Shown: positions 44,727 to 55,883, counted from the first letter of the stretch. The stretch is DNA of 64,000 nt from Anaerolineae bacterium (GCA_963675785.1 OY776562.1:832001-896000), one strand, 5' to 3'. The notes: a model not told the origin generated them from the sequence alone. Numbers and translations are program-made.

Positions 44727-46043
44727 ATGAAAGAACGAATCGAGATCAGCGCGCAGTATCCGGCATACTGGGCCTATGATTGTCAGCCGCTCATGTTGTT
44801 GGGCGGCAGTGTGGAAGACAACCTCTTTCAGATTCCCAATTTGGAAGAGCAGCTCGATTTGCTGCAAAAGTGCGGCGGCAATTACGTGCGTTGCACGATG
44901 TCTAGCCGAGATGATGGCAACGTGTGGCCCTTTGAACGACTCGACAGTGACCTGTACGATTTACGCGTGCCCTCGCAGCAATTCTGGGGGCGGTTTGACC
45001 GGTTTATGCAGCTCACTGCCGAGCGCGATATCATCGTGCAGTTCGAGGTGTGGGCTACGTTCGACTTTTACCGCGACAACTGGGATGTGAACCCCTTTAA
45101 CCCCAAGAACAATGTGAACTATGACGAGGTTGAATCGGGGCTGCCGTTGGAAGTGACTACGCATCCCACCAAGACGGAGAATCCCTTTTTCTGGTCGGTG
45201 CCGAACGAGGCCAACAACACGGTGGTGCTCCAGTATCAGCAGGCCTTTGTGGATGAACTCATGGCACATTCACTGGAATGCCCCAACGCGCTGTATTGCA
45301 TGGATAACGAAACTTCGGTGACACCGGAATGGGGCTGGTATTGGGCCAGGTACATTCGCGAGGCAGCCGAAGCCCGAGGCCTGAAGGTACAGACCACAGA
45401 GATGTGGGATGCCCATGACCTGGCTGGTGTGCAGCATACCTATACCTTTGACCATCCCGAGGTCTATACGTTTGTGGATATTAGCCAGAACAATCACCAG
45501 GTGGGCCAGGTACACTGGGATAACGCGCAAAAGCAACGGGCGCGCATCAGCGGGCAGGTGCGGCCGCTGAACAATGTCAAAATCTATGGCTCGGATGCCT
45601 ACAGCTATGGCACCGATGTGGACGGACAAGAGCGTTTTTGGCGCAATGTGATGGGCGGCATGGCTTCGGCGCGTTTCCACCGACCGCCGGCGGGGTTGGG
45701 TATCTCGGAAAAAGCGCAGGCCAACATTCGCAGCGCGCGCATGTTGTGCGAGGCGATGAGCTATTTTTACGAGGCTGAGCCGCACAATGAGCTGTTGAGC
45801 GGTAACCAGGAAAACCTGGCTTACTGCAAGGCCTGTCCCGGCCAGGAGGTGGCAGTGTACTTTGCCAGATCAGGCAGCATCCAGCTCGATGCCAGCTCGA
45901 TGGCGGGCGATTTGTTGGTACGCTGGCTGGATATCACGCAAGCCAATTGGCATCAGGCCGAGTTGGTAGAAGGCTGTCCCAGGATCGAACTGGTTACCCC
46001 CGCCGAGGGCCCACAGGTGGCCCTGGTTCAAAGGAGCTCGTGA
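44727..46043 (+). CDS. Uncharacterised glycoside hydrolase-like TIM-barrel protein
   Basis: LLGGS.EDNLFQ, GGNYVR.TMSSRD, NPFNP.NN.N, MDNE, FWRN..GG.ASARFHRP; C-terminal beta domain. Confidence 0.6.
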   Translation: MKERIEISAQYPAYWAYDCQPLMLLGGSVEDNLFQIPNLEEQLDLLQKCGGNYVRCTMSSRDDGNVWPFERLDSDLYDLRVPSQQFWGRFDRFMQLTAERDIIVQFEVWATFDFYRDNWDVNPFNPKNNVNYDEVESGLPLEVTTHPTKTENPFFWSVPNEANNTVVLQYQQAFVDELMAHSLECPNALYCMDNETSVTPEWGWYWARYIREAAEARGLKVQTTEMWDAHDLAGVQHTYTFDHPEVYTFVDISQNNHQVGQVHWDNAQKQRARISGQVRPLNNVKIYGSDAYSYGTDVDGQERFWRNVMGGMASARFHRPPAGLGISEKAQANIRSARMLCEAMSYFYEAEPHNELLSGNQENLAYCKACPGQEVAVYFARSGSIQLDASSMAGDLLVRWLDITQANWHQAELVEGCPRIELVTPAEGPQVALVQRSS

Positions 46044-46050
46044 TAGCCGT

Positions 46051-46830
46051 ATGGAAAACGAAGGTCGTATTGTGCGCATCGGTCTCATCAAGGCGATGCC
46101 GAAAAAGTGGGATTTGACCTACAATTGGACGCTGTTCGCCGAGTTGTTCGATCGTGCTGTAGAACGCGGCGCGCAACTCGTTTGTACCCCCGAGTGTTTC
46201 CTGGATGGCTATGTGAGTACGGATGAAGCGGGTTGGCCCGAGCCGGGGTTCCGCGATGTGGCCCAGACGCTGGATGCGGGTTATGTGGCCAAAGCGCGGG
46301 AGCGAGCGGCAAAGGCTGGGGTGCATCTGGTGTTTGGCTTTACCGAGCGGGCGGAGGCGGGCTGCTATAACGCTGCGGCGCTCATCGGGCCAAGCGGCGA
46401 GGTGATCGGTTGTTACCACAAGACGCACCTGTTGGACCACGATACACGCTATTTGCCGGGGGACAACCTAGGGGTCTATGATACTGCGCTGGGGCGCATT
46501 GGCATGATGATCTGTGCCGACCGGCGCTGGCCGGAGACGGCGCGCACGTTGCGGGTTCGCGGGGCTGAGCTAATCATGAATCCCACCTATGGGATGTGTC
46601 ATCTCGAAAACGAATGGTGGATGCGCACGCGCAGTTATGAGAACGAGACGTGGATTTGCTTTGACCATCCGCAGGTGGCTTTTATGACCGATCCGCGCGG
46701 CGGGATACCGGCCAAGCTCGAATCCAATATCCCCGACGTGCTGGTGCACGATGTGGATCTGGGCCAGACGCGCGAGGTGATGTTCTCACATCGTCGGCCC
46801 GAACTGTATGATTTGGGGATGCCCCAATAA
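46051..46830 (+). CDS. Carbon-nitrogen hydrolase (nitrilase superfamily)
   Basis: E-K-C triad: TPECFL, YHKTHL, ICADR..PE. Confidence 0.92.
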   Translation: MENEGRIVRIGLIKAMPKKWDLTYNWTLFAELFDRAVERGAQLVCTPECFLDGYVSTDEAGWPEPGFRDVAQTLDAGYVAKARERAAKAGVHLVFGFTERAEAGCYNAAALIGPSGEVIGCYHKTHLLDHDTRYLPGDNLGVYDTALGRIGMMICADRRWPETARTLRVRGAELIMNPTYGMCHLENEWWMRTRSYENETWICFDHPQVAFMTDPRGGIPAKLESNIPDVLVHDVDLGQTREVMFSHRRPELYDLGMPQ

Positions 46831-46914
46831 TCGACGCCTCAACGGCGTTTTTGCCGCATGACTCGTTTTGTACACAATAGTCCGGTGTGTCCAACGCAAT
46901 CAGGAGGGTGGAAC

Positions 46915-47307
46915 ATGAGCTACAAGATTAGTGAGCGTTGCCTCTATGCCGATTCCCACGAGTGGGTTCGGGCAGAAGGGAACACTGCGGTTGTAGGTAT
47001 CAGCGATTATGCACAAAATGAGCTGAGCGATGTGGTTTTTGTGGACTTGCCCGATGAAGGCGACACCTTCAAGGCGGGTGAGGCTTTTGGCGTGCTCGAA
47101 TCGGTCAAGGCTGCTTCGGACGTCTATCTGCCCATTAGCGGCACCATTATTGCGGTCAATAGCGCATTGGAAGATTCGCCAGAGCTGGTCAACGAGGACT
47201 GCTACGGCAAGGGCTGGCTGGTCAAGATCGAGATCAAAAAGCAGGCCGAGCTGGACGAACTGATGGATTCTAGCGAGTACGAAGAGAGCCTTGAAGAAGA
47301 GGACTAG
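46915..47307 (+). CDS. gcvH: Glycine cleavage system H protein
   Basis: SHEW, GISDYAQ..L.DVVFV, ESVKAASD lipoyl-Lys, N.D.YG.GW. Confidence 0.96.
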   Translation: MSYKISERCLYADSHEWVRAEGNTAVVGISDYAQNELSDVVFVDLPDEGDTFKAGEAFGVLESVKAASDVYLPISGTIIAVNSALEDSPELVNEDCYGKGWLVKIEIKKQAELDELMDSSEYEESLEEED

Positions 47308-47322
47308 ATTGGAGCGGTCATT

Positions 47323-48642
47323 ATGACCTTTGTGCCGCATACGCGGGCGCAGGTCGACGAGATGCTCGAAACAGTGGGCGTCGAAAGCGTCGAGGCGCTC
47401 TTTGAGGCTGTGCCTGCGGCCGTGCGCTTTCCTGCGCTGGACCTGCCGCCGGCTCTATCCGAGCTGGAGCTGCGCAACGAGCTGAACGCTCTCAGCAAGG
47501 CTAATGAGAATCTGGACGATACGCCGAGCTTTTTGGGGGCAGGCAGCTATAACCATTTTGTGCCCAGTCTGGTCGATGCCATTATCAGCCGCTCCGAGTT
47601 CTATACGGCCTATACGCCCTATCAACCCGAGATCAGCCAGGGCACATTGCAGGCCATGTTCGAGTACCAATCGATGATTGCGGCGTTGACGGGCATGGAG
47701 GTGAGCAATGCCTCTATGTACGACGGGGCCACGTCTCTGGCCGAGGCGGTGCTGATGGCCTGGCGCATGGCTAAGGGCAAGCGTTCTCAGGTGGTGCTGG
47801 CTGGGGCTATTCATCCCGAATACGTCGAGGTGGTGCGCACCTATATTCAGGGGATGCCGCTCGAACTGGTATCGGCGGAGATGGACGCGTTGACTGTGGA
47901 CACCCACACGGCTGCGGTGGTAGTGCAATACCCAGATTTTCGCGGCGAGATACAAGATATTGCTACGCTGGCTGAGGCTGCCCATGCGGCGGGGGCCAGT
48001 TTGATTGTGGTGGCCTATCCCATTGCTCTGGGGATGCTCAAATCGCCGGGCGAATTGGGCGCTGACATTGTGGTGGGAGAGGGGCAGCCGCTGGGCAATG
48101 CCCTCGCTTATGGCGGGCCCTATTTGGGCTTTTTCGCTTGCCGTAAAAAAGATGTGCGCCGGATGGCCGGGCGTGTGGTGGGACAAACCACGGACGTGCA
48201 CGATGAGCGCGGTTTTGTGCTGACCCTCTCGACGCGAGAGCAGCACATTCGTCGGGAAAAGGCCACCAGCAACATTTGCAGCAACGAAGGCCTCAACGCG
48301 CTGGCGGCGGCGGTGTACCTGTCGGCTATGGGCGAGTGCGGCCTGCGACAGGTGGCTCAATTGTGTTATCACAAGGCGCACTATGCGGCACAGGAAGTTG
48401 CCAAGATTCCGGGGCTCTCGGTGGTGAACGAGCGGCCCTTTTTCAACGAGTTCGTGGTGCATTCGACGCGGCCAGCGGCAGAGATGCTGGAGGCGGTGCG
48501 AGCGCGTTCGGGCATTCTGGCGGGCTGCGATATGGCCCGTTGGGGCATGGATGCACACGAACTGTTGGTATGTGTGACCGAGATGAACACCCGTGAGCAG
48601 ATCGACCGCCTTGTGGATGTGCTCGGGGAGGTGTTGGCGTGA
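47323..48642 (+). CDS. gcvPA: Glycine dehydrogenase subunit 1
   Basis: FLGAG.Y.H, YTAYTPYQPEISQG.LQ, NASMYDG, REQHIRREKATSNIC. Confidence 0.96.
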   Translation: MTFVPHTRAQVDEMLETVGVESVEALFEAVPAAVRFPALDLPPALSELELRNELNALSKANENLDDTPSFLGAGSYNHFVPSLVDAIISRSEFYTAYTPYQPEISQGTLQAMFEYQSMIAALTGMEVSNASMYDGATSLAEAVLMAWRMAKGKRSQVVLAGAIHPEYVEVVRTYIQGMPLELVSAEMDALTVDTHTAAVVVQYPDFRGEIQDIATLAEAAHAAGASLIVVAYPIALGMLKSPGELGADIVVGEGQPLGNALAYGGPYLGFFACRKKDVRRMAGRVVGQTTDVHDERGFVLTLSTREQHIRREKATSNICSNEGLNALAAAVYLSAMGECGLRQVAQLCYHKAHYAAQEVAKIPGLSVVNERPFFNEFVVHSTRPAAEMLEAVRARSGILAGCDMARWGMDAHELLVCVTEMNTREQIDRLVDVLGEVLA

Positions 48643-50090
48643 TAGAACCGCTCATTTATGCATTCTCAGCGCCAGGACGCTGTGGCGCCTCGCTACCGGC
48701 CCTGGATGTGCCCACGGCGGAGACGCTTGATCCGGCGCTGTGCAGGGAAGAGATTGGCCTGCCGCAGGTGAGCGAAGTGGACGTGATGCGCCATTTCGTG
48801 CGCCTCTCGCAGATGAATTACGGCGTGGATACGGGTATGTACCCCTTGGGGTCGTGTACGATGAAGTACAATCCCAAGGTGAACGAGGCGGCAGCACGGC
48901 TGCCGGGCATGAGCAGGGTGCATCCCTATCAGCCGCTAGACACGGTGCAGGGCTGTTTGCAGGTGATGTACGAGACCCAGCGCATGTTGGCAGAGATCGC
49001 TGGTATGGCGGCGGTGAGCTTGCAGCCTTCGGCGGGAGCCCACGGTGAACTGAGCGGCGTGTTGATGATCCGCGCCTACCACTTGGCCCAAGGGGACACC
49101 AAGCGCAAGGTGATACTCATCCCCGATTCGGCCCACGGCACCAACCCGGCTTCAACGGCTATGGCGGGGTACGAGGTCAAGCAGGTGGCCACCGATACCC
49201 GCGGCAACGTGGACTTGGATGACCTGCGACGGTTCATGAACGATGAATTGGCCGGCATGATGCTCACCAACCCCAATACCCTGGGGTTGTTCGATGAGCA
49301 GGTGATGCAAGTAGCGCGATTGGTGCACGCGGCCGGCGGTTTGATGTACGGCGATGGCGCCAACATGAACGCCCTGTTGGGCATTGCCAAGCCGGGCGAA
49401 CTCGGCTTTGACGTAATGCACTATAACCTGCACAAGACTTTTTCCACGCCTCACGGCGGTGGCGGGCCCGGCTCGGGGCCGGTGGCCTGCACGGCGCAGT
49501 TGGCGGATTTTCTGCCCGGCCCGCTGGTGGTATGTGACGAGAAGGTGAAGGATTGCGCGTACCGCTTTGAGATGCCGGTGCGATCGATTGGTCGGGTCAA
49601 GGCCTTTTACGGCAATTTCGGCGTCATTGTGCGGGCGTATGCTTATCTGCGCATGATTGGCGCCGACGGCCTGCGCGAGGTCAGCGAGATCGCTGTGCTT
49701 AATGCCAACTATGTGGCGGCACGCCTCAAGGAGACCTACAGACTGGCTTTTGAGCGCACCTGTATGCACGAGTGCGTGCTAGAGGGCCTTGTCGAGGGGG
49801 CAGAGGGTGTGCACGCGCTGGATATTGCCAAGCGCCTCATCGATTACGGCGTGCATCCGCCGACCAACTATTTCCCGCTCATTGTGCCCGAGGCACTGAT
49901 GATCGAGCCGACGGAGACGGAGAGCAAGGAAAGCGTGGATTATTTCTGCGAGGTGATGCTGACTATTGCCCAGGAGGCGCGGGAGAACCCCGAACTGCTG
50001 CATGGCGCGCCGCACAAAGCGCCGTTGGGCAGGCTGGACGAGGTTAAGGCAGCCCGCGACTTGATCCTGACCTATCAAGACAACGCCTGA
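48639..50090 (+). CDS. gcvPB: Glycine dehydrogenase subunit 2
   Basis: [40 protein letters not shown]-Lys, EPTETE. Confidence 0.96.
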   Translation: MIEPLIYAFSAPGRCGASLPALDVPTAETLDPALCREEIGLPQVSEVDVMRHFVRLSQMNYGVDTGMYPLGSCTMKYNPKVNEAAARLPGMSRVHPYQPLDTVQGCLQVMYETQRMLAEIAGMAAVSLQPSAGAHGELSGVLMIRAYHLAQGDTKRKVILIPDSAHGTNPASTAMAGYEVKQVATDTRGNVDLDDLRRFMNDELAGMMLTNPNTLGLFDEQVMQVARLVHAAGGLMYGDGANMNALLGIAKPGELGFDVMHYNLHKTFSTPHGGGGPGSGPVACTAQLADFLPGPLVVCDEKVKDCAYRFEMPVRSIGRVKAFYGNFGVIVRAYAYLRMIGADGLREVSEIAVLNANYVAARLKETYRLAFERTCMHECVLEGLVEGAEGVHALDIAKRLIDYGVHPPTNYFPLIVPEALMIEPTETESKESVDYFCEVMLTIAQEARENPELLHGAPHKAPLGRLDEVKAARDLILTYQDNA

Positions 50091-50113
50091 TTCATCACCA
50101 TAGCAAAACAACA

Positions 50114-50135
50114 CGGCTCGCCAATCGGCGAGCCG
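50114..50135 (+). terminator. Hairpin after gcvPB
   Basis: CGGCTCGCC-AATC-GGCGAGCCG; no U-tract. Confidence 0.5.
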
Positions 50136-50152
50136 CCTGTAAGGGGGCATTC

Positions 50153-50836
50153 TTGCTTTATCTTGTGGCCACACCTATTGGTAACCTCGGCGACATGACC
50201 CTGCGCGCCATTGAGGTGCTCAAGGCGGTGAATATCATCGCCAGTGAGGACACGCGCAACACCGGCAGGCTGCTCAAACACTATGGCATCGAGACATCGC
50301 AGACGCCCTTTCATGAGCACAACAAGGATGCTGCCGCGCCGCGATTGGTGGCGCGTATGCTGCAAGGCCAAGATGTGGCCCTGGTGACCGATGCGGGCAC
50401 ACCGGGCATCTCGGACCCGGCGTTTTCGCTGGTACGTGCTGCTTTGGATGCGGGCATTGAAGTAACGGCCATACCGGGGGCTACTGCCTTTGTGGCAGCT
50501 CTGGTTATCTCGGGGCTGCCGGTGCACAGTTTTTGCTTTCGCGGATTTCCGCCGCGCAAGTCCGGCAAGCGGCGTCACTTTATCGAAGCGGATATGGCTA
50601 TTCCCTATACCCTCATCTATTATGAGAGCCCCCATCGCCTGGCGGCCTTTTTGCAGGACCTGTACGCGGTGCTGGGCGACCGGCGGGTGGTGCTGGCCAA
50701 CGACCTGACCAAGATGTACGAGCAGGTGGAACGGGGCACGTTAGCTGAGATATCGGCCTCGGTGGGTGAGCGAGACAAGCTATTGGGCGAGTATGTGGTG
50801 CTAGTTGAAGGGGCAGAAGCAGCAGAAAAGGATTGA
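50153..50836 (+). CDS. rsmI: 16S rRNA C1402 2'-O-methyltransferase
   Basis: [40 protein letters not shown]. Confidence 0.95.
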   Translation: MLYLVATPIGNLGDMTLRAIEVLKAVNIIASEDTRNTGRLLKHYGIETSQTPFHEHNKDAAAPRLVARMLQGQDVALVTDAGTPGISDPAFSLVRAALDAGIEVTAIPGATAFVAALVISGLPVHSFCFRGFPPRKSGKRRHFIEADMAIPYTLIYYESPHRLAAFLQDLYAVLGDRRVVLANDLTKMYEQVERGTLAEISASVGERDKLLGEYVVLVEGAEAAEKD

Positions 50837-50893
50837 CCCACAGCCCACAGCGGGTAAAATGGCTGTAGCGGATTTGTGTGAGGAGGATGGCGT

Positions 50894-53059
50894 ATGCCAG
50901 AGCAGCCGGATTACGAGCTGGTCTTGCAGCTAGTAGAGGGTGACGAGCCCCGCTTTATTGAGGCAATGAAGGCTTTGGGCGTTCTGTCTCAGGTTCGGGT
51001 GAATGAACTTGCCTTTGCCGCCCTGTTGACTGCGCCCCTCGATCGCCATCCCCATTTGTATGCCGTATTGAACGGCGCTACCAGTGATGGCTTGATCGAG
51101 CGCCTGCGTGAGGGCATGCGCAGCGAGGACCAGGACGTGCGCTTTGAAGCTGCGCTGGCTGCGGCGCGTATGGCCGTTTATTCCGATTCTACGCAGCGCC
51201 TCAAGCTGTTGACGCTTCTCTCTGTGCTTCCTCTGGACGATATTTCCGCGCTGCTGACCCTGGGCCTCTCTCGTTTGGAAATGGTGGCCTATACCCTGTT
51301 TTGGGATGCCCTCTTTGTGACGGCTCCGGTGCAGGCGGCGCGCAGTCTAGCCGACGCCATGGACACCCATCGCGATGCCGGGGCGGCGGCCTATGTGTTG
51401 TACCGCGAGACCAGCATGGAGCTGATGATCTCGGCGTTGGCCGAATCCCAAGCTATTTCCCTTGCGCCCATCTTGGGCCTGGTGGCACGCTACTTGTTCG
51501 ATGAGGGTACGATTGCGATTGGCCCGGCGGCTGGCCTGTGGGAGCGCAGCATCGAGGCTTTTATCCAGGCATATATTGTCAGCAGCACTGCTGAGGAACG
51601 CGCTTTGCTGGTTAGTGGGTTGGAGATCATGGGCCAGGAGGCCCTGGATTATCTAGCGGTGCAGTTGGAGTTGGCCGATGATGAACGTGCCAACTGGCTC
51701 TCGCAGATATTGGCTGACCTGCATTGGGAACCGGAAGCCAATTTGGCAGGCATCCGTTACTGGATTCATCAGGATGACTTTGATGCCTGTGTGGCCGCGG
51801 GATCGCTAGCCATCGAGCCGTTGCGCCAGGTTTTTGCAGGCACCGATCTCAAACGGCGTGATGCTGCTGCCCGGACGTTGGATCATCTCGGTTGGGCACC
51901 CTCGGATGAGGAGCAAGTGCTGCCCTTTCTCGCTGCTCTTGGTCGTTGGGATCAACTCTCACTGGTGACCAGCCGTGCGGGGCAGGTTTTTGAAGAGATG
52001 ATGACCACTGAGCGCCGGGCTGCCCTCGAGCGCAACCCCGCTTACCGGCAGGGTATCCGTCGGGAGATGATCGCTCGTTCCCAGACCTTGCTTTCCAAAG
52101 CAGCACGCCTGCGCTTGTTGCGCGATGCCCTGCTGGCCGATCCTTCGCCGTTGGTGCGTACAGATGCGCTGGATGCGATTGGCGAGGAGGGCTTGACGGT
52201 CGAGTTGGTACGGCAGAGTCTTTCCCATGAGCTATGGTTGGCCGTGAACGGCGCAGAAGCGCTGGCCGACGTGGATATTCGCGCTCGATTGGTTGACTGG
52301 CTCATTGAACAAGTCAAAGCCCTGCAGGATGTGGCCAGTCTGGAGGCTTTGCTGCAGGTTGCCGTGGATGATCCTGAGGAAAGCTTGCGCGAAAGGGTGA
52401 CCGATTCGCTGCTTTCCATGTACAGCGCCAATACAGAGACCCTGTGGCCCGCCATACGGCGGGTGCTCTCTCGCAAAGAATGGCGCAACGCAGGCTATTT
52501 GCTGATGGCCATCGGTGACGAGGCCCGCGAACGCCTGATCAAAGATATTACCGACGAAGCGGCAGAAGCCAACCGCACAGCCCTGGGGTTGGCGGCGGGC
52601 ATATTGGCCGGCTGTGATTGGCTGCTCTCGGTAGACAAGTTGTGGTTCTCGGATCACCCCCTGCGCTGGGAAGTGGCGGCACGGGTCTATGATCTATGTG
52701 AGCGCTACCCGCTGGAGCCAGAGATGCTGGCGGCTTATTGGATTACGCGGGGCGACCTGGACGAGTGTAAGCGTATCGGTTCGGCTGCCGTGCCTGCGCT
52801 GCTGCGGGCTCTGGCGATGGCGGAGCCCCTCGATCGTGGGCGCATCGCTGCAGTGATGGTGGAGATGGGCAAGGCACCGGGGCGCAAGGTGTTGGATGAC
52901 ATTTGCACCGATCTTCAAGTTCTGGCCGAGATGCCGGATGAATCGGTTGAACAGGTTGTGGATGCGGCACCCGAACATCACGTGACGCTGACGGTGAGCC
53001 GCGAGCAAGATCGTTTGCAGGCGCGTAAACTGTTGGCGCGTTTAAGGCACGAGGAGTAG
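50894..53059 (+). CDS. Large alpha-helical HEAT-repeat-like hypothetical protein
   Basis: 721 aa with GGAGG RBS; repeated D...VR..A..A and W/L..C...G..A...L helical units. Confidence 0.65.
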   Translation: MPEQPDYELVLQLVEGDEPRFIEAMKALGVLSQVRVNELAFAALLTAPLDRHPHLYAVLNGATSDGLIERLREGMRSEDQDVRFEAALAAARMAVYSDSTQRLKLLTLLSVLPLDDISALLTLGLSRLEMVAYTLFWDALFVTAPVQAARSLADAMDTHRDAGAAAYVLYRETSMELMISALAESQAISLAPILGLVARYLFDEGTIAIGPAAGLWERSIEAFIQAYIVSSTAEERALLVSGLEIMGQEALDYLAVQLELADDERANWLSQILADLHWEPEANLAGIRYWIHQDDFDACVAAGSLAIEPLRQVFAGTDLKRRDAAARTLDHLGWAPSDEEQVLPFLAALGRWDQLSLVTSRAGQVFEEMMTTERRAALERNPAYRQGIRREMIARSQTLLSKAARLRLLRDALLADPSPLVRTDALDAIGEEGLTVELVRQSLSHELWLAVNGAEALADVDIRARLVDWLIEQVKALQDVASLEALLQVAVDDPEESLRERVTDSLLSMYSANTETLWPAIRRVLSRKEWRNAGYLLMAIGDEARERLIKDITDEAAEANRTALGLAAGILAGCDWLLSVDKLWFSDHPLRWEVAARVYDLCERYPLEPEMLAAYWITRGDLDECKRIGSAAVPALLRALAMAEPLDRGRIAAVMVEMGKAPGRKVLDDICTDLQVLAEMPDESVEQVVDAAPEHHVTLTVSREQDRLQARKLLARLRHEE

Positions 53060-53062
53060 AAC

Positions 53063-53881
53063 ATGCCCGAGCTTCCCGAAGCCTGTACCATTGCCAGCCA
53101 GCTCAATGAAGCTGTCGTGGGGGCGCGCATCGTCTCGGTGGAGCTGGGTCAGCCCAAATGCCTGAACCTGGAACCGCAAGTGTGGGAAGAGCGCATCGTG
53201 GGCCAGCGCATTACGGGTGTAGTTTCACACGGCAAGTGGATTCGGTTCACGCTGGAGCGCGATTACTGGTACGTGAGCCTGGGCATGGGTGGCGAATTGC
53301 TGCTGCTCGATGAAGGAGACGAACTGCCGGAAAAGCGGCAGGCGGTGGTGCGATTGGACGATGGGCGTAAGCTCTGCATCCATTTCTGGTGGTTTGGCTA
53401 TTTGCATCTGGTGGACATGGCCGATCCCGAAGCACATGCCATGACGGCGACGCTGGGGCCGGATGTGATGTCTGACGCGTTCGATCTGGATTTTTTGACC
53501 CAGTTATTGCAGGGCAGCCGGGCAGGCGTGAAGAACATTTTGCTGGACCAAAAGCGATTGGCGGGGATCGGCAACATGTACTCGCACGACATCCTGTGGA
53601 CGGCGGGCATTCATCCGTTGCGGGCGGCGAATACGCTCAGCGAGGAAGAGATCAAGGCGCTATACGCGAGCATTCGCGACCGCTTTGAAAAGGCTATTGC
53701 CTTGGGCGGGAGCTATTGGGAGGTCGATATTCACGGGCAGCATGGCGGCTATGACAAATCGCACATGCAGATTGGCTACCGCAGTGAACACCCCTGTCCG
53801 CGGTGCGGCGGGCCGATTGAGGAGATTCGCACGGGGAGTAGGTCGGCATTTGTGTGCCCGATATGCCAGCCGCTGGAATGA
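53063..53881 (+). CDS. mutM: Fpg/Nei family DNA glycosylase
   Basis: N-terminal PELPE, GKW, LGM.G, LGPD, LLDQ..LAGIGN H2TH, CPRC...CPICQ zinc finger. Confidence 0.9.
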   Translation: MPELPEACTIASQLNEAVVGARIVSVELGQPKCLNLEPQVWEERIVGQRITGVVSHGKWIRFTLERDYWYVSLGMGGELLLLDEGDELPEKRQAVVRLDDGRKLCIHFWWFGYLHLVDMADPEAHAMTATLGPDVMSDAFDLDFLTQLLQGSRAGVKNILLDQKRLAGIGNMYSHDILWTAGIHPLRAANTLSEEEIKALYASIRDRFEKAIALGGSYWEVDIHGQHGGYDKSHMQIGYRSEHPCPRCGGPIEEIRTGSRSAFVCPICQPLE

Positions 53882-53904
53882 CCAGCGACTGGCTTTTTTT
53901 GTTA

Positions 53905-54819
53905 TTACAGACGTGAACGGGCTTGTTCCCAGGTGGGTTGACCGTTGAAACCGCCCAATTGTTCGGTCGTGGCCCCGCCGCAGATGGTCCCCAGACGCAG
54001 GCACTGTTCCAGCGGTAGCTCGCGCAGCCAGCCAGAAATGAACCCCGCATCAAAGGTATCCCCAGCACCAGTGGTATCGACTACCTTGGCCGGGCAGGCT
54101 GGCACCTGAACGGTGCGACCAGCGGCCACGCCAGTGGCCCCTTTTGCACCACGCTTGACGACCAGTACGGAAACCCGTCTGGACATGGCGGCAATGGCTG
54201 TATCCAAATCCTTTTCACCGCTGATGGCCAACAACTCGTTCTCGTTGGGCAGCAAGATGTCAGTTTCGGCTATGAGGTCATCCACCTGCCAGGCCTCATC
54301 GGGGTCCCAGTTGGTATCCAACGAGACGGTCATGCCGTGGGCGCGGGCCTTGTGCATCAGTTCGGGCAGCGCCGGGCGCAGCCTGGTCAGCAAAAAGGGG
54401 CTGGCGACGTGAAGGTGCTGGCACTGGTCGAACCAGGCCTCGTCGATGATCTCGGGGCCGATTTCGGCCATGGAGCCCAGATAGGTGAGGCCAGCACGAT
54501 CCTGGCCGCGAGAGAGCATGACGGTAACGCCGGTTTTGATGGCGGGATCCACGATGATGTGCTCGATCGAGCCGCCGACGTCCTCCAGGCGTTGCAGCAG
54601 GAAACGGCCATAGAGGTCATCGCCGACAATACTGGCGAAGAGGGGATTCAACCCTTGCCGACTGCAACCCGCCGCGAAAATGCCACAGGAGCCGCCGGCC
54701 AGCAGGGCAATGTCGTCGATGATTTTTTCCACCTGGCCGAACTCGGGCGTTACGTCACCGGTCAGGATGATGTCGACGTTGTATTCGCCAATGATCAGCA
54801 CGCCATGGGGCCGCTTCAT
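53905..54819 (-). CDS. PfkB family carbohydrate kinase
   Basis: VGDD..G, SLDTN.DP, PNENE, VKRG..G, DTTGAGDTF. Confidence 0.93.
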   Translation of the reverse strand: MKRPHGVLIIGEYNVDIILTGDVTPEFGQVEKIIDDIALLAGGSCGIFAAGCSRQGLNPLFASIVGDDLYGRFLLQRLEDVGGSIEHIIVDPAIKTGVTVMLSRGQDRAGLTYLGSMAEIGPEIIDEAWFDQCQHLHVASPFLLTRLRPALPELMHKARAHGMTVSLDTNWDPDEAWQVDDLIAETDILLPNENELLAISGEKDLDTAIAAMSRRVSVLVVKRGAKGATGVAAGRTVQVPACPAKVVDTTGAGDTFDAGFISGWLRELPLEQCLRLGTICGGATTEQLGGFNGQPTWEQARSRL

Positions 54820-55883
54820 GAGGTCATCTCCGTCCCGTTCAGCTTGATGGCCATGACCACGTTGCGCGGGCGATCGGGGTTGAGGCCCTTGGCCAGGGAG
54901 CGGTAATAGGCCATGAGTTGCACAAAGGGCAGATAAAGCACCGGGAGAGCGTCCTCGCTGACGGGGGCTTGCAGGTCAAAGCTATCGTAGGCCCCGACGC
55001 CGGTTGTGTCGTTGGCGATGACGGCAATGGCAGCCTGACGCTGGGTCAGGTCGTCAAGGACGGCCAGCTCGTAATCGCGGGTACGCTCAGAGAGCAGGCC
55101 CACCACCAGATGTTGCGGATCTACCAGTGACATGGGGCCGTGCCTGAACTCCATGAAACGGTAGGGTTCGGCAAGTGTAAGCGACATCTCTTTCATCTTG
55201 ACGGTGGATTCGGCGGCTAGGCCATAGTTGACGCCGGAACCGAGATAGGTGATGCGCTGGTAGTCCAGATTGCTGCCCAGCTTTTTGGCCAATGGTTCGG
55301 CGCGAGCGATGAGGTCGCCGGCCATATCTGGCAGAGACTCTAGCTCGGCAAGCAACTGCTCGTTGCCAGCCAGATGGGCGGCCATGGCCTGTACAGCTAT
55401 GAGCATACCGGCGAAGGAGCGCGTTTGGGCAAAGCTCTCTTCGCGGCCTTGCACGATCTCGACGGTGATATCCGAAGCATCGGAAAGGCCGGTTTCGCTA
55501 TAGCAACTGACGGTGATGACCCGAGCGCCGCGTTCTTGAAGGTGCTTGACGGCCAAGATGGTCTCGGTGGTATCACCCGAGCGAGACAGGGCAATGACGA
55601 GAGGTTTTTCATCGGCAGTGAGCAGGGTGTCGGTTTGCAGCAACAGTTCGGACGAGGCGACGCCACGGCAACTGCGTCCGGTGATGCGCTGAAAATAGGG
55701 CGCCGCAAATTGGGCTAGATAATGGGTCGAGCCACAGCCGCAAAAGATGTGCGGGGCGCCCTCGAATTCGGCGAACAGCCTGGCCAGCTTGGGCCACTGC
55801 TCTTCCACGTTTGCCAGGGCGCAGCGCCAGCTGGCAGCCTGTGTGGTGATCTCACGATAGGAAAACACACCTGCTTGTGTCAC
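54816..55883 (-). CDS. Double SIS-domain protein (GlmS/AgaS/FrlB-like isomerase, deaminase or deglycase)
   Basis: EI..Q, GCGST, SRSG.T.E, E.S.AQT.SF, K.KEMS, EFRHGP, GLNPD.PRN. Confidence 0.9.
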   Translation of the reverse strand: MTQAGVFSYREITTQAASWRCALANVEEQWPKLARLFAEFEGAPHIFCGCGSTHYLAQFAAPYFQRITGRSCRGVASSELLLQTDTLLTADEKPLVIALSRSGDTTETILAVKHLQERGARVITVSCYSETGLSDASDITVEIVQGREESFAQTRSFAGMLIAVQAMAAHLAGNEQLLAELESLPDMAGDLIARAEPLAKKLGSNLDYQRITYLGSGVNYGLAAESTVKMKEMSLTLAEPYRFMEFRHGPMSLVDPQHLVVGLLSERTRDYELAVLDDLTQRQAAIAVIANDTTGVGAYDSFDLQAPVSEDALPVLYLPFVQLMAYYRSLAKGLNPDRPRNVVMAIKLNGTEMTS

